From Vicugna vicugna (Eukaryota): 64,000 bases of DNA. The position numbers were made by a program, and so were the translations under genes. This document shows, piece after piece, positions 51,481-64,000 of this stretch (its first letter is position 1; each line of letters starts with the position of its first letter). The notes under the pieces were generated by a model. That model made no database searches and was not told the DNA's origin. It worked only from the letters and a program-made list of their open reading frames with translations. The stretch is from positions 248,001 through 312,000 of the forward strand of contig MU058636.1 of the NCBI GenBank assembly GCA_013265495.1. The letters are read 5' to 3'.

Positions 51481-53981
51481 ACTGAAAACTGGGAATTTCA
51501 GCTAATGCATTATAGCAGGACTCCGATTTCCTCTCCCCCCTGCCCCCCCCCGCTACTTTTTGTTTATTTGTTTCATGGCTTGCCTGGACTATTTCTGGGA
51601 GGTTTGTTTTTTCCTCTAATGTACAGCCTCTGATGTTACTACACAGTTTTTATTTCCATGTTTTTAGTTTTTAATTCTTTTAAAATGTACAGTTTAAAGT
51701 GTTTGGTGAGTTTTAGTATCTTCATAGATCCCTTGCAACCCTCACTGCTACCTAACTTGACAACATTTTCATTATCTCAAGAAAGAAGCCCTGTCCTGAT
51801 TTACCAGTCACCCCCACCCCTTGTTTTTACTTTTAAGCCTGGATTCCTGGGGGTCAGCACAGCTTAGAAGTCAGCCAGTGGTTGGTCAGAGGTTGTCCCT
51901 AACCCCCTGGAGTCAGTAAGGAGCCAGCTGTCTGATCTGTGTGTGCCTTGGGAAGTGTCTGCAGTGTTCGGGGAGTTTAAAATCCGCCCCACTTCAGTCA
52001 GGGACCAGCAGCTCACAAGCACTCTCCCCATTCCCTCCTAAGCAGCTGCAGCCCTGCGTGTGGACCTGGCCTGGACCACCGGGGTTGAGTGTAAGCTTGG
52101 CAGGGTTTCTTTGGCCGTCTCTTTCCATGGATCTGCCTGTTTGATTTCTGGCTAGTCTGCTGTTTTGTTTGCCCCACTGGTATTGTGAGATCTTTGTCTT
52201 CCTTGATCATGAGCCACTGGGATTGCTGTTGTTTTGACAGTGCCCTGCACATGGCTGTTTTTGTGCTTCAGATAATGTCATCTCCCTCAGGCTGTTCCTG
52301 TTCCGACAGCCAGTCCCACCCTGGAGCCAGGGTGGGGAGATGAGAGCTGCCAGTCCTCATGGCCCACCCCAACCACCCACCCAGAGCAGAGCTTAAACAA
52401 CACGGACCTAGGGGAGAGAAGAGGAAAACAGACTTCACCTTAGATGCCAAAGGCTCCCACTTACTCACACTGAGTAGATGTTCTTGAATTCACGCTTTTG
52501 ATTGTTTTGTATGCTGTGTGATCAGTGTCTATGCACTTTAAATGCTTGTTTTTGACAATGTAGTCCAGTTTTATTGCTTCTTTTTTTAAAGAGATTTGCC
52601 AATCTCCTTACCCAGCAATTCCAGAAAAATAAATAAAATTTAATGATAAAAGTTTTTTGAATAATAAAGTGAAATTTTTTAAACTTTGGGTTGTTTTCTT
52701 GGGAAGACTATTATTCCCATCTTTCGATATATTTTGAACTGGTGGAAACATTTTTTTCCTTTTCCAGTTATCATATAGAAAACTCACACACCTTAACTGC
52801 CCAGAACTCCTGTTGCCGTTGACACATGTGGGAAACATGACTGGGGCTTCCGCTGTAGATATGAAAAATTCCTTGATTTTGGTTTTTAAAATTTGGATTT
52901 CAGCCATGTCGTATGTTTAGCTTCAAACGTGAAGACTGGTAAACTTTGCACACATTTATTCAGGTCCAAAATGTTGTGGTCTGGGTAAATAGACAGCCTT
53001 GACAATATATTTGTATACAAGCCTTGTGGAAACTAGCATTGAAATTGCTCAGATAATGTCAGACTCCAGTACTAGCTGCATGATTTATACTGGAAGAATA
53101 TATATACTTTTAGTCCCATTCATCATACTTTGTGCTTTGCTTTCCTTGGGGTGAAGTCTGAGCAGCTCTGGTAAAAACCGTCAGGCTTCCCATTTGCATC
53201 ATCACTGTCCGACTTTTGACTTCAGGTCAGAGAACTTCCTGCTTCGACACTCACACTCTTTGTCCCTCTTCCCCCTCTCCTGGGCCCTCCTTCTGTCCAA
53301 GCTGACCCTGCCTCCGCTTTGGAGTCCATCCTTTGGGGAACTTGTTCCATCAAGACTTCCCTTCTCTTAGCTTCCAATGAGCTCCAGGCTTCCTGCCTGC
53401 CTGCCTTCACCCCTCTCCCCGTTCACACCTGCCCCCATCCTGCCAGCTCTTTGGGGGTGTCTCAGATACGCCCACACCTCAGTGAGGCTGCAGACACTCC
53501 TGGCAGCCACTTCGGATGCCTGTCCTCTCTTCTGTGCCCCTTTTAGCTCGCTGCCCTGTCTCTACACTCCAGGACCCGAGGAAAGCCTCTGTTCCCTGGG
53601 TGGCCTTCAGTGACCGTGCCTTCCCATGAGAATCCTCCTGCCTCGGCTTCCGCAGTGCCCTGGGAGCTCCGCTTTCACAGGCGGGCCGTGCTGCTCGCTC
53701 GCATCGCGGGGGGCTTCCTCCCGCCTCCTCCCCTCCCCCGCAGCCTCCTGTCGGAAGCCAGCTCTGTATTGCAAAGAACTATGTCCTACCCGTCTTCGAG
53801 TCCACAGTTCGTGCCCCATAGTAGGTGCTCAGTAACTGCTTTAACTTGAATCTCTAAATCCATACATCAGCCAGTAAAATTTGTGAGGGGGGAACGTCTT
53901 TCAGAAATGTTCCCACATAGCAAAGCCCAGGGAAACGGAATGGAGACTAAGCTACACCGACAGTCTGGCTTTCTCCCACAG

Positions 53982-54109
53982 ACACGAGCTCGGACAATTT
54001 TGGGTATAACCTGTTGACCTTCATCATTCTGTACAACAACCTCATCCCCATCAGTCTGCTGGTGACTCTCGAGGTGGTGAAGTACACGCAGGCCCTCTTT
54101 ATAAACTGG
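53982..54109 (+). CDS. ATP8A2: ATP8A2 exon 12 (128 nt): (D)[42 protein letters not shown] (TM4, PISL)
   Basis: ccacag|AC acceptor, TGG|gtgagt donor; PISL Ile codon at 54050-54052. Confidence 0.97.
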
Positions 54110-54881
54110 GTGAGTACCACACGGAGCGAGGAGCTGGGCCGCGGGGGCCACGCCGGCTGGCACTCCCCAGCACCTCTCAGGGCCTTAGTGATTGAATGGA
54201 GCTGGCAGGGGTGTCCCTGAGCAGCGGCAGTCGTGACTAGGCACCTGGCACCTCAGCGTCCTGGTCCATGAAGCGGGCAGGGCAGGACCACCTATTGAAG
54301 GGGCTCTTGTGCGCCTTCAGTGCGGTAATTCAGAGGCTTACCAGGTGCCACTCGGGGGAGTGGGGAGGAAATGGCCGCAGCTGCTCATGCTTTGGAGTCT
54401 CCGTGGTGCAGCAGGAAGTTCTCTTAGGGGCGGCTCCTTCAGTGTTCACCCTGTATCAGAATTCGCCATGACAGCACTCTTAGGTTCTATTGCAAGAGCA
54501 GAGGTGGCGTTTCCAGGGAACTGCCGTGGCCATTAAGTGCGGGACCGCAGCAGCCAGGATTTGGAGACCAGACACTTCCGTGTGCATTTTCATTTAGCTT
54601 CAGAACAATCCCAGGAACGAGGTATTAGCTGAGTCTGGAAATATGAGTTAGTCTCGGTCAAGAAATGATCGTCTCGAAGACAAATCTTCTGTACATAAAT
54701 AAGTACCATGTCTTCCACTTGTATCACGATGTTTTCTCTACAGTCATAGACACTGAATTTTCACCCCCAAATTAAAAATTAATATTTATATTGAGTTATC
54801 TGTTTTTAGCTTCTCTCCGTGTTGGTCAGCAGGAGGGATTGATGGTACCTATTTTCTGAAGTGCCCCCATCTCTCTCTCAG

Positions 54882-54959
54882 GACACAGACATGTATTACC
54901 TGGGAAACGACACCCCTGCCATGGCCAGGACGTCGAACCTGAACGAGGAGCTCGGGCAG
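54882..54959 (+). CDS. ATP8A2: ATP8A2 exon 13 (78 nt): [26 protein letters not shown]
   Basis: tctcag|GAC acceptor, CAG|gtgagc donor. Confidence 0.96.
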
Positions 54960-57490
54960 GTGAGCCCCTCTTTGGGAACTTCGGGAATGTGATGTAAGCG
55001 TGGAGGCAGACAAGTACTGGAAGAACCCTGGAGAGAGTTGGCAGAAAGAATTCTCCATAAAGGTGGTTTTGATGTCTGAAGAGCTCTGTAGTATTTGAAG
55101 GTTTTATAAAGTACAAGTGTTAATAGGTCTGACTTGCTTTCTGAGGCATGGATGTATCTTATTGTCTAGAAGGTACCTGCAAAAAGTTTAGTACAAAAAC
55201 TACAGTACAACATTGTTTTGGACTTAAAATTGTTAATCAGGTGCAAATGACAGGGCACGCAGTGGTTAAGATACCTGGATGTGGGTAACCCTACAAAACA
55301 CTGGGGGTAGTCTGAAGGACGTAAATCCATACAACCTCACACATGTTCTGGCTTGTGTCTCTGGAGTACTTCGGGGAGCCCGTTTCTTTTGCACCATCAC
55401 CCCCGTCACCCTCCTGCCTTCGCTGAGTGACGTTCTGCATCACGCCGTCACCCTGTGTTGGGATCGCTGCAAGGAGTACCTCTCCTGCGTGCAGTGCAAT
55501 GAAAGGTTCTGATTCCCTTTGATACGTCTTACACGAATCTCCCAACAACCCCGTGGGATCAGGGTGATACAGATCAGACTAAATCTGTCCCCTCCTTGAA
55601 CTCTTCTCTGGTTTTCCAGTGAAGTTAATATGTCTCTCTTCTGTGTTCCCCTAACAGTCTTTCCAACCATAAATACAGTAAAATAAGAGGTCTGGCAGGG
55701 CTACCTGTCCATGTCCACCCTGGGACTTTTGAGCCCATTCGTGGGTGTGGATGTCCCTGGCAAGCTCTTTGGTCTCCTCCATCATTTTAGCACAGCGCTC
55801 ACTGCGTCTCTGTTCTCAGATGCCATTGAACTGGACCCAAACCCCAAAGGGCTCGGGTACTCAGGCGCCCAGGATGAAATAATTCATCCTGATTGGAAAT
55901 AGGGAACGTCTGCATGGGGACGGCGTTCTGAGTTGGAACTTAAAGGAGACGTTAAAATTCAGTAGACAGAGTGATAGAAAGTCCTAATAATTCCTTGTTA
56001 TAAAATTATCATTTTTATATATTTTGATCTAATCTTTTAATTTTTAAAGAAGAGGCAGAAACACTGCTTATTGAAAGGCCAATTCTACTGAGTTTTATAT
56101 ACTCCTAAACTTACTGTGTATAAAATTTATGTAAAACTTATTATTTATACTTAAAACATTTAATTACCTATAGTGTACTTTTATGTTTTATATATGTCTT
56201 ACATTATATATTAGATTTATTTCATATAAATATATTTTATATTTCTATGTTATATTTGACTTAAAGCTTTAAGATCATTAACAATCTTTACTTGAAGGAC
56301 CTTTGGTTGCTTTAAAAATAATTCTCAGAGTATTTGCTTGTATGGTGTCATTAAGAAAAGTGCAGAGTGAACAATTCATGTTATTACTCCCTCTCCTATA
56401 AAACAGTGCAGCGTGGCTGCCCTAGCATGGTTCTTTGGGATCCCTGGAGCATCCAGTGGCGATCCTGACCCCTCTTGAGAAAAATCACTGCAAAGCTGGA
56501 ATTTTTACTGGAGTCAGTTGTGTTAATTACTCCCCCCTCAACAGTCCATCGTGTAATTTACACATAGTCTGATGTTACATGATTTTCTGGCCAAACCCTT
56601 TATTTCATAGATGTGGAAATTGAATCCAAGAAGGGTGAGGTGACTTTTCCAGAGCCCACATGGCTGGTTGGTATCCATAGCCTCACCGGGACTGTCCCTT
56701 CCCTCCTGGTCCTGAGTTCTCTCTCTTTCCCATCACGTCATCTGCACGCCCGAAAGAACAGAACTCACCCAGCACGTGGGCATTTGGGTTCATCTCTTTT
56801 GCACTCACTTAATCATGTCAAAATGGTTTGCTTATTGACCTCCACAGAAATTTCTCTCTTCTCCTTTGTATACTGAAGGCTTAGTGCGTTACATTTGTAA
56901 AGCTTTGTGCCTTGGAAAGTTGTGTAATCTGCAGCAGTTCCACGCCGCCTTCCTGTAATCTCACTGCGATAGTGACTGAGAAGCTTCGTGTTTGTTCTGT
57001 GCTGTTTCAGGACATGCCCTCTTTGTCCAGCTAGGGGATGGAGTCTTAGAGGGAAGTGCTTTGTGGTTGCCAAAGTCCGAGCTTGTTATCTGGGGATATT
57101 GGGCACAAATTCTGTATGAGATCAGAGACTAGCTTGAAGGATGCCATGTCACTGAGAGGCCAGGTGGCAGGAGTTAATGCTTTCTCTCCAGATCTAAAAT
57201 GGACCCTGGGCTGTTACTGACGCCTGCTTTGTACGTTTCTGCAGAACTGGACTCTGAACTGGTTCTTGAAAAGGTTTTTAAGTGGCCTAAGCATTAAAAT
57301 ATATTTATTTTATAGTAATATGTAATTATGACATACTATATATATATAGTTATAAAACATACTTTGCTTGCTTAAGGAAATTTCTTTTAAAAAAACTAAT
57401 ACAGATTTTGAAAAATAAACAAGACTTCATTTATTGACATTTGCATCTTATTTCATTCGTCGTATGTGTTTTTTCTATTCTTTGATTTAG

Positions 57491-57580
<90 letters not shown>

Positions 57581-57884
57581 TGAGTGTCTGTCACTGACTG
57601 AAAATTTTATTTGTATTCTTCTGACAAAATAAGTTTATTTTTAGCTGCTTAATCAAACACCTTGACTTTCTGATATTTTGAAAGGAAATCTATAAGGGAC
57701 TTAGATCGCTAATTACTATGGAATGCGTTTTCAACTGAATAGGGCCCAACTTAGGATAGTTAAAACATGATTTATTTCTGCAAATATTAACCTAGTGAGA
57801 AATCTCAGGGAATGTATAAATTTATATTTCTAATCTAATAATTAGACATTTTTAACTCATGGTTTGATCTGAATGCTGTCCTTT

Positions 57885-58240
57885 TTTTTAAATCGAAGTA
57901 CAGCTACAATATGTCAATTTCTGGTGCACAGCACAGTGTCCGTCATGCATATACACATGTATATTCATTTTCATATGCTTTTTCATTAAAGGTTATTACA
58001 AGATATTGAATATAGTTCCCTGTGCTGTACAGAGAAATTTTTAAATCTATTTTTAATATATAGCAGTTAACATTTGCAAATCTCAAACTCCCAGGTTTAT
58101 CCCTTCCCACTCCCTTTCCCCCAGTAACCATAAGATTGTCTACTATGTCTGTGAGTCTGTGTGTTTCGTAGATGGGTTCATTAGTGTCCTCTTTTTTTCT
58201 TTTTTTTTAGATTCCACATATGAGTGATATCATATGGTAT
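57885..58240 (-). mobile_element. Younger LINE-1 3' end, abutting the older L1 below
   Basis: Homologous to the 11.0 and 41.1 kb copies. Confidence 0.82.
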
Positions 58241-58244
58241 TTTT

Positions 58245-60280
58245 TAAAGTTGAGGTATAATTGACAACATAATGATTTGATATTTGTATACATTGTGAAA
58301 CAATGACTGCAATAAATCTAGTTAATATTCATCACCATACATAGTTAGAAATTTTTTTTCTTGTGAAGGAGCTTTTAAGATTTACTCTCAGCAGCTTTCA
58401 AGTATGTAATACAGCATTATTAACTGTGGTCACCATGCTATGCACTATAGCCCCGTTCCTTATTTATTTCATAACTGAAAGTTTGTACCTTTTGACCTCC
58501 TTGGCCCATTTCACCCATCCTCTACCCTTGCCTCCGGCAATCACCAATTATCTTTGAGAGCTTGTTTTTTTGTTTGTTTTTTGTTTTTTGTTTTTAGATT
58601 CTACATATACATGAGATCATGTGGTATTTGTCTTTCTCTGTCTGACTTACTTCACTTAGCGTAATGCCCCGAAGGTCCACCCATGTTGTTGAAAATGGAA
58701 AGATTTCGTTCTTTTTTATGGCTGAATCGTAGTGCATTATGTATATACCACACTTTCTTGGTTCATTCACTCATTGATGGACACTTCGGTTGTTTCCGCG
58801 TCTTGGCTGTTGTAAATAATGTTGAAATAAACATGAGCTTGTATGTCTGTCCTTTTGAGATAGTGTTTTTGTTTTCTTCAGACAGACACCCAGAAGTGGC
58901 ATGGGTGGGCCATATGATAGTTCCATTTTTAAGTTTTTGAGGAACCTCCATACTGTTTTCCATAGTGGCTGCAGCAAGTCACATTCCCACCAGTAGAACA
59001 CAAGGGTTCCCTTTACTCCACATCCTTGTCAACATTCATTTCTTATCGTTTCGGTTGTAGCCGTTCTAACAGGTGTGAAGTTTTGATTTTGGTTTTGATG
59101 TGCATTTCCCAGATGATCAGTGATGTTGAGCACCTTTTCATGTATCTGTTGGTCCTCTGTGTGTGTTCTTTGGAAAAAATGTCTATATAGCCTCTGTTTT
59201 TTAATTGGATTGGTTTTGTTTTGTTTTGTTTTTTTGCTATTGAGTTATAAGGGTTCTTTATATATTTTAGATATTAACCCCTTATCAGCTTTATAATTTG
59301 CAAATATTTTCTCCTATTCTGTGGGTTTCCTTTTCATTTTGTTGATGGTTTCCTTGCTGTGAAGAAGCTTTTTTAGTTTGATGTAGTCCTACTTTTAATT
59401 TTTGCTTTGTTCTTGGTATCAGACCCAAAGAAATCATCACAAAGCCCAATATTAGGGAGCTTGTCACCTATGTGTTTTCCTAGGAGTCTGATGGTTTTAG
59501 CTCGTACATTCAAGTCTTCAATCTGTTTTGAGTCAATTTTTGTGTGTGGTGTAAGTTAGTAGTCCCATTTCATTCTTTTGCATGTGGTTGTCCTTTTTTC
59601 CCAAAACCATTTATTGAAGAGTCTGTCTGTTTCCCATTGGCTATTCTTGGCTCCATTGTCATAAATTAATTGATCAGATATGCATGGGTTTATTTCTGGC
59701 TCTCTATTCTGTTCCAGTGATCTATGTGTCTGTTTTTATGCTGGTACCACACTGTTTTGATTACTATATCTTTGTAATATAGTTTGAGGTCAGGGAGCAT
59801 GATGCATCGAGCTTTATTCTTATTTCTCAAGATTGCTTTCACAATATTTTTTATGGTTGTATATAAATTGTAGGATTGTTTTATTGCTGTGAAACATTGC
59901 CCTTGGAAATTTGATAGGGATTGCATTGAATCTGCAGATTGCTTTGGGTGGTATGGACATTTTAACATTGTTAACTCTTCTAATCCATGAGCATGGGATA
60001 TCTTTCCATGTCTCCTCTGATTTCTTTCATTAATGCATTGACGTTTTCAGTGTACAGGTCTTTGCCTCCTTAGTTGAATTTACTCGTAGGTGATTTTTCT
60101 TTTGGAAGCAACTGTAGATCGGGCTGCTTTCTTATTTTCTCTTTCTCTTGGTTCTTTATTAATGTGTAGAAATACAAAGGCTTTTTGTATGTTGATTTTT
60201 GTATCCTGCACCTTTACTGAATTTGTTTATTCTAACAGCTTTTTGGTGGAATGTTTAAAGGTTTTCTATGTATAATAATG
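58245..60280 (-). mobile_element. ~2 kb LINE-1 (L1MA-like) with ORF2 remnant
   Basis: ORF 59690..59968 ([47 protein letters not shown]) matches the L1 ORF2 region downstream of RT. Confidence 0.9.
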
Positions 60281-60370
60281 TATGACCTATGCTGAAGGTT
60301 GTTCTTTGTGTGAATAACTGTCTTTTTGATCACAGTTTGGTGACTACTCTGTTTTTTCTGTCTCTGGCAG

Positions 60371-60415
60371 TCATTTTCCAGAATTGACAAGGGAACCATC
60401 CTCGGATGATTTCTG
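60371..60415 (+). CDS. ATP8A2: ATP8A2 exon 15 (45 nt): HFPELTREPSSDDF(C)
   Basis: tggcag|T acceptor, TG|gtaagt donor. Confidence 0.93.
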
Positions 60416-60659
60416 GTAAGTCAGTTTTAGCAGTTCTTGATCCTTTTGTGGGAAAGGCTTTGGAACAATCTTCTATTGGCATTTCTTACCTGAATATTTT
60501 TTAAATAAAAGTTTCATGTATGTTATTTAAAGAGAGAACCAGAATGAAATGTAAACATGAGTGTGGTTTTAAGAGTCGAGCGGTGCTGCAGGGCTCTCAC
60601 AAAAACAGCCCGCCATTGGTCCAGGATTGTCCACTCACTTCCCGCCTCTCACCTCACCT

Positions 60660-61118
60660 TCAAGGTTTCGTACGTGTTAAGTGTGTGTCAGGATTTCATT
60701 CCTTTTAGAGGCTGGAGGGTAGCCTGTGTGTGTCTGTGTCACCACGCTTGTTTGTCAGTTCACCTGTTGATGGCACTTGGGTCACTTCCACCTTTTGGCT
60801 GTTGTGAATAATGCTTCCCTGAATGCTGACGTACAGGTATCTGAGTTTCTGCTTTCACTTTTTTTGGGTTTCTATGTAAAGGTGGAACTGCTGGGTCGTG
60901 TGTTAATTCTATGGTTAACTTTTTGAGGAACCACCAAACTGTTCTTCATAGCAGTGTGACCGTTTTACATTCCCTCTGTGATGTACAATTTCCCCACATC
61001 CTCACAACACTTGTCCATTTCGGGTTCTCTTTTTTTATGTAATAGCCATCCCAGTGGGTGTGAAGTGGTATCTCACTGTGGTTTTGATTAGCATTTCCTG
61101 TAAGACTAGTGATGTTGT
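60660..61118 (-). mobile_element. Old LINE-1 fragment
   Basis: ttgaggaaccaccaaactgtt...gtgggtgtgaagtggtatctcactgtggttttgatt. Confidence 0.8.
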
Positions 61119-62138
61119 TGGCTAATGTTTTAAGATTTATACACTAAGAGAGCTGATGGTAGGGCCATGTGTGTGGAGGGGGCAGTGTGGTTGATGACTG
61201 ACTGGCTTCCCTGTGGGATGGTTTGCCAGGACTATTAGAGGATCCCAGGGTGACAGCATCTGTGCTGATTGCATCTTGTGAGCTGGTTCGTCTTTTTCTT
61301 GATGGAAGATTTCTCCAGTTTCCTGCCAAGGGCTACGAGTCTGGCCGAAGCTGTTAGGGGAGCTGCGCGGAGGCAGAGGGTGGTTGATCATACCTCTCAG
61401 CTTACAGGGGATTTCTCTTAAAACTGCTGTGTGGGGACGATGCCCTGTCCCACCTGCCTGTGTGCTCAGGGTCTCCGGGCCCTGGGCTACTCTGGTTTAA
61501 GCTCTCTAGAGGATGGCCCTTCGTTTCTCTCTGGGTGCACCGGCTCGGTGGCCTGGCTGTGCGGGGTAAGGGCAGTGTTCTTGCAGGGTGAGTCTTCCTC
61601 AGGTGGACTTGGAGCTTGTTCTGTCACCCACCTTCCCTTTGTCTCACAGGTGCCTCGTGCTGCCATTTCCTGCCCCTTCACAAGGTTCTGTGGGGGGCGG
61701 CGGCTTGCGTCCTAGGTGCCCCGCCCCCACCCCTGCAAGCTGTGGTTTCTGTTCTCTCTGCGATGCTAAACTCCGATGTCTGCTCACAGCAGCCCTGCCG
61801 CCGTCTTGTCTCCATTGTCTTTGTCCCGGAGAAGGGGTTTCAGAAAGAAACGGAGGTTCACGGACGTACTCAGCCCTTCCCATTTCTTCAGTGTGTCGGC
61901 ACGTGGCTGTCATGTCAAGTTTCCTGTTTCGTAATTATTTGCCCTTTTCTCTTTCATACACGAGCTCTGCCCATGGATGGCTGCACAGATGCAATGCCAC
62001 AAGGCCTCTTATTCTGTGCACTTGAAGCAGGCATGCTTGGAAGTTTTCCTTGGTAGATGCGGAGACCAAACAAAATGATCACGTCATGGCGTTTACCCTC
62101 GCGTCTGTTTCTTATCCTTGTAACTAAGAGTGAACCTA

Positions 62139-62622
62139 CAGCTCTCCCTCGGCTTACAGCGGGCTATGTCCTGGTAGCCCATCGTACATTGAAAATGTCC
62201 TAATTCAAAAATGCGTTTAATACACCCAGCCTGCCGAGCATCCTGGCATAGCCCAGCCTCCCTGGGATGTGCTCAGAACACTTACCTTAGCCTACGCTGG
62301 GCAAGAGCATCTAACCCAGGGCCTGTTTTATACTGAAGTGTTGAATGTCTCACGGACTTTATTGAGAACTGTACTGAAAGTGGAGAACAGAATGGTTGCC
62401 TGGGTCTAGGATGGGGGTCAGGGTGTTGGTTATTCACCCTTGTGATGGGGGCTTCCTGGGAGCTGCGGCATCACAGAAGAGGATTGTGCCCTGTGTTGCC
62501 AGCCCAGGAAAAAGCCAAAATTCAAAATTTGAAGTATGGTTTCTTTTGAACACGTATCACTTTGCACCATCGAAAAGTGGAAAAACCATCAAGTTGAAAC
62601 ACTATAAGGCAGGGACCATCTG
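62139..62622. mobile_element. MER47-like TcMar-Tigger element
   Basis: cag...ctg termini flanked by TA (62137-62138 and 62623-62624); internal match to recalled MER47 consensus. Confidence 0.75.
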
Positions 62623-62707
62623 TATTTTGTTTATGGGAAGGTTAAAGCTTTTCTGCCTCAAGGTTTGAAATAACATACAATATTTCAAATCTTTAAAACT
62701 TTAATAC

Positions 62708-62850
62708 GGGGGGAGGGTATAGCTCAGTGGTAGAGTGTGTGCCTAGCATGCATGAGGTCCCAGGTTCAATCCCCGGTACCTCCACCAAAAGTAATAAATA
62801 AATAGATAAACCTAATTACCTCCCCCACAAAAAAATTAAAATAAAAAAAT
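62708..62850 (+). mobile_element. tRNA-derived SINE (Vic-1-like)
   Basis: A and B boxes and tail; degenerate TSD tttaaaa..ttaata. Confidence 0.9.
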
Positions 62851-62979
62851 TTTTAAAAGCTTAATATAATTGTATAGGGTTTTTAGGTGTGGTTCTTCTG
62901 GAAGACAGATTCTTACTAGGTTCGACTTATTTTAAAGAAACTTTTGAGCTGAGGAAATGTTTTCTGTTTTCTCTTACAG

Positions 62980-63055
62980 CCGGATGCCTCCTCCCCCCAG
63001 TGACTCCTGTGACTTTGACGACCCCCGGCTCTTGAGGAACATCGAAGACCATCAC
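62980..63055 (+). CDS. ATP8A2: ATP8A2 exon 16 (76 nt): [25 protein letters not shown]
   Basis: ttacag|C acceptor, CAC|gtaagg donor. Confidence 0.94.
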
Positions 63056-63738
63056 GTAAGGCCGCCACTTGCGTCTAGGACACTAAATAGCTTGTGATGC
63101 ACTTTTGTGTGTACGTGTAGTGTCTTGAAAGTTGCGATTTTGGAGCCTGGGGAAGAGACACAGCCTCACTTCTATGTTGCTAGGACTTCAGGGAAGCGGT
63201 CCACTTAGGCAGAACACTTGGCCTCACTGAACTTAAAGCTGAATTAAATATGTGGTGAATATAAAGCAGTGCGTCAAGATCCAGATGAGTCTTTCCGCAG
63301 AATTCTCCCACATTTCGGGCTTCTGTTGCTCTGCGAGCTTCTGCAGGGCTGTTTCTTCAGTCACGGGCCTGAGAGGGCATCTGTTTCGCAGTGTCCTTTG
63401 GCTTGGACGGCTTAGGAAACCAAAGTGAGAGATGATACCACGTAGCATTTATAGCGCCTGCCATGTCCTAGATGTTTGACGTGTATTTCCTTTAGCACCT
63501 GAGTCACCCCAGAGAGGTGACAGGAAGTTGCATAGAAAGACTGACTTGGCGAGCAGCAGGTGATGGGGAGGGGGTGAGTGGGTGTGCACCGCGGGGCACC
63601 CGGAGTCCACGCTGCGGACCTCGACCTCTGATCCACGGGAGCAGGAAGGCATCACAGGATTTTAAGTGGGAGGGGACTTGCCTCTAACTCTGCTGTGTGT
63701 CCGTGGTGTCCTAACCGATAACTCATCTCCCGTTGCAG

Positions 63739-63844
63739 CCCACCGCCCCTTGCATCCAGGAGTTCCTCACCCTTCTGGCCGTGTGCCACACCGTGGTTCC
63801 GGAGAAGGACGGAGACAGCATCGTCTACCAGGCCTCGTCCCCAG
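63739..63844 (+). CDS. ATP8A2: ATP8A2 exon 17 (106 nt): [35 protein letters not shown]
   Basis: ttgcag|CCC acceptor, G|gtgaga donor; P4-ATPase LAVCHTV and YQASSP motifs. Confidence 0.96.
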
Positions 63845-64000
63845 GTGAGATGGGGAGACCTGGGTGCGTGCGGCGACGAGACCGCTCTTCACAGTCCCCA
63901 CCAGGTGCCTCTGGCCGTCTGCTGGCGGCAGGATTGTCCCTTCCGGTGGACGAGTCTCAGGTCTGGGCTTCCCCTCTGGGGCTGGTGTGGGTCTTGTTAA

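Noticed and set aside
59690..59968. Possible expressed RT-related ORF
   Set aside because: Degraded L1 ORF2 fragment with frameshifts and stops on both sides

Overview
This is mammalian (eutherian) genomic DNA, probably camelid, judging by the tRNA-derived SINE family that resembles camelid Vic-1. The window lies inside one + strand gene, ATP8A2, a P4-ATPase phosphatidylserine flippase. Sixteen coding exons (exons 2-17 by human numbering, 1503 nt, all GT-AG) splice into one uninterrupted frame. That frame carries the TM1 QQ motif, the A-domain DGET, the TM4 PISL and the P-domain DKTGT. The canonical exon 1 and exons 18 onward lie outside the window. The introns hold ordinary repeats: tRNA-derived SINEs, L1, L2, MIR, MaLR/ERV LTRs and hAT/Tigger fossils. 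Almost all ORFs in the track are spurious. I found no convincing novel multi-gene system. The best leads are: (i) two candidate alternative first exons near a CpG island at 0.1-1.2 kb, both ending in the phase needed to join exon 2, plus a GC-box promoter directly at exon 2; and (ii) internal evidence that several GC/CpG patches, especially 46.3-47.0 kb, are scars of GC-biased gene conversion. Repeat family names and human residue numbers come from memory and need RepeatMasker/BLAST confirmation. Repeat boundaries are approximate unless TSDs are quoted.
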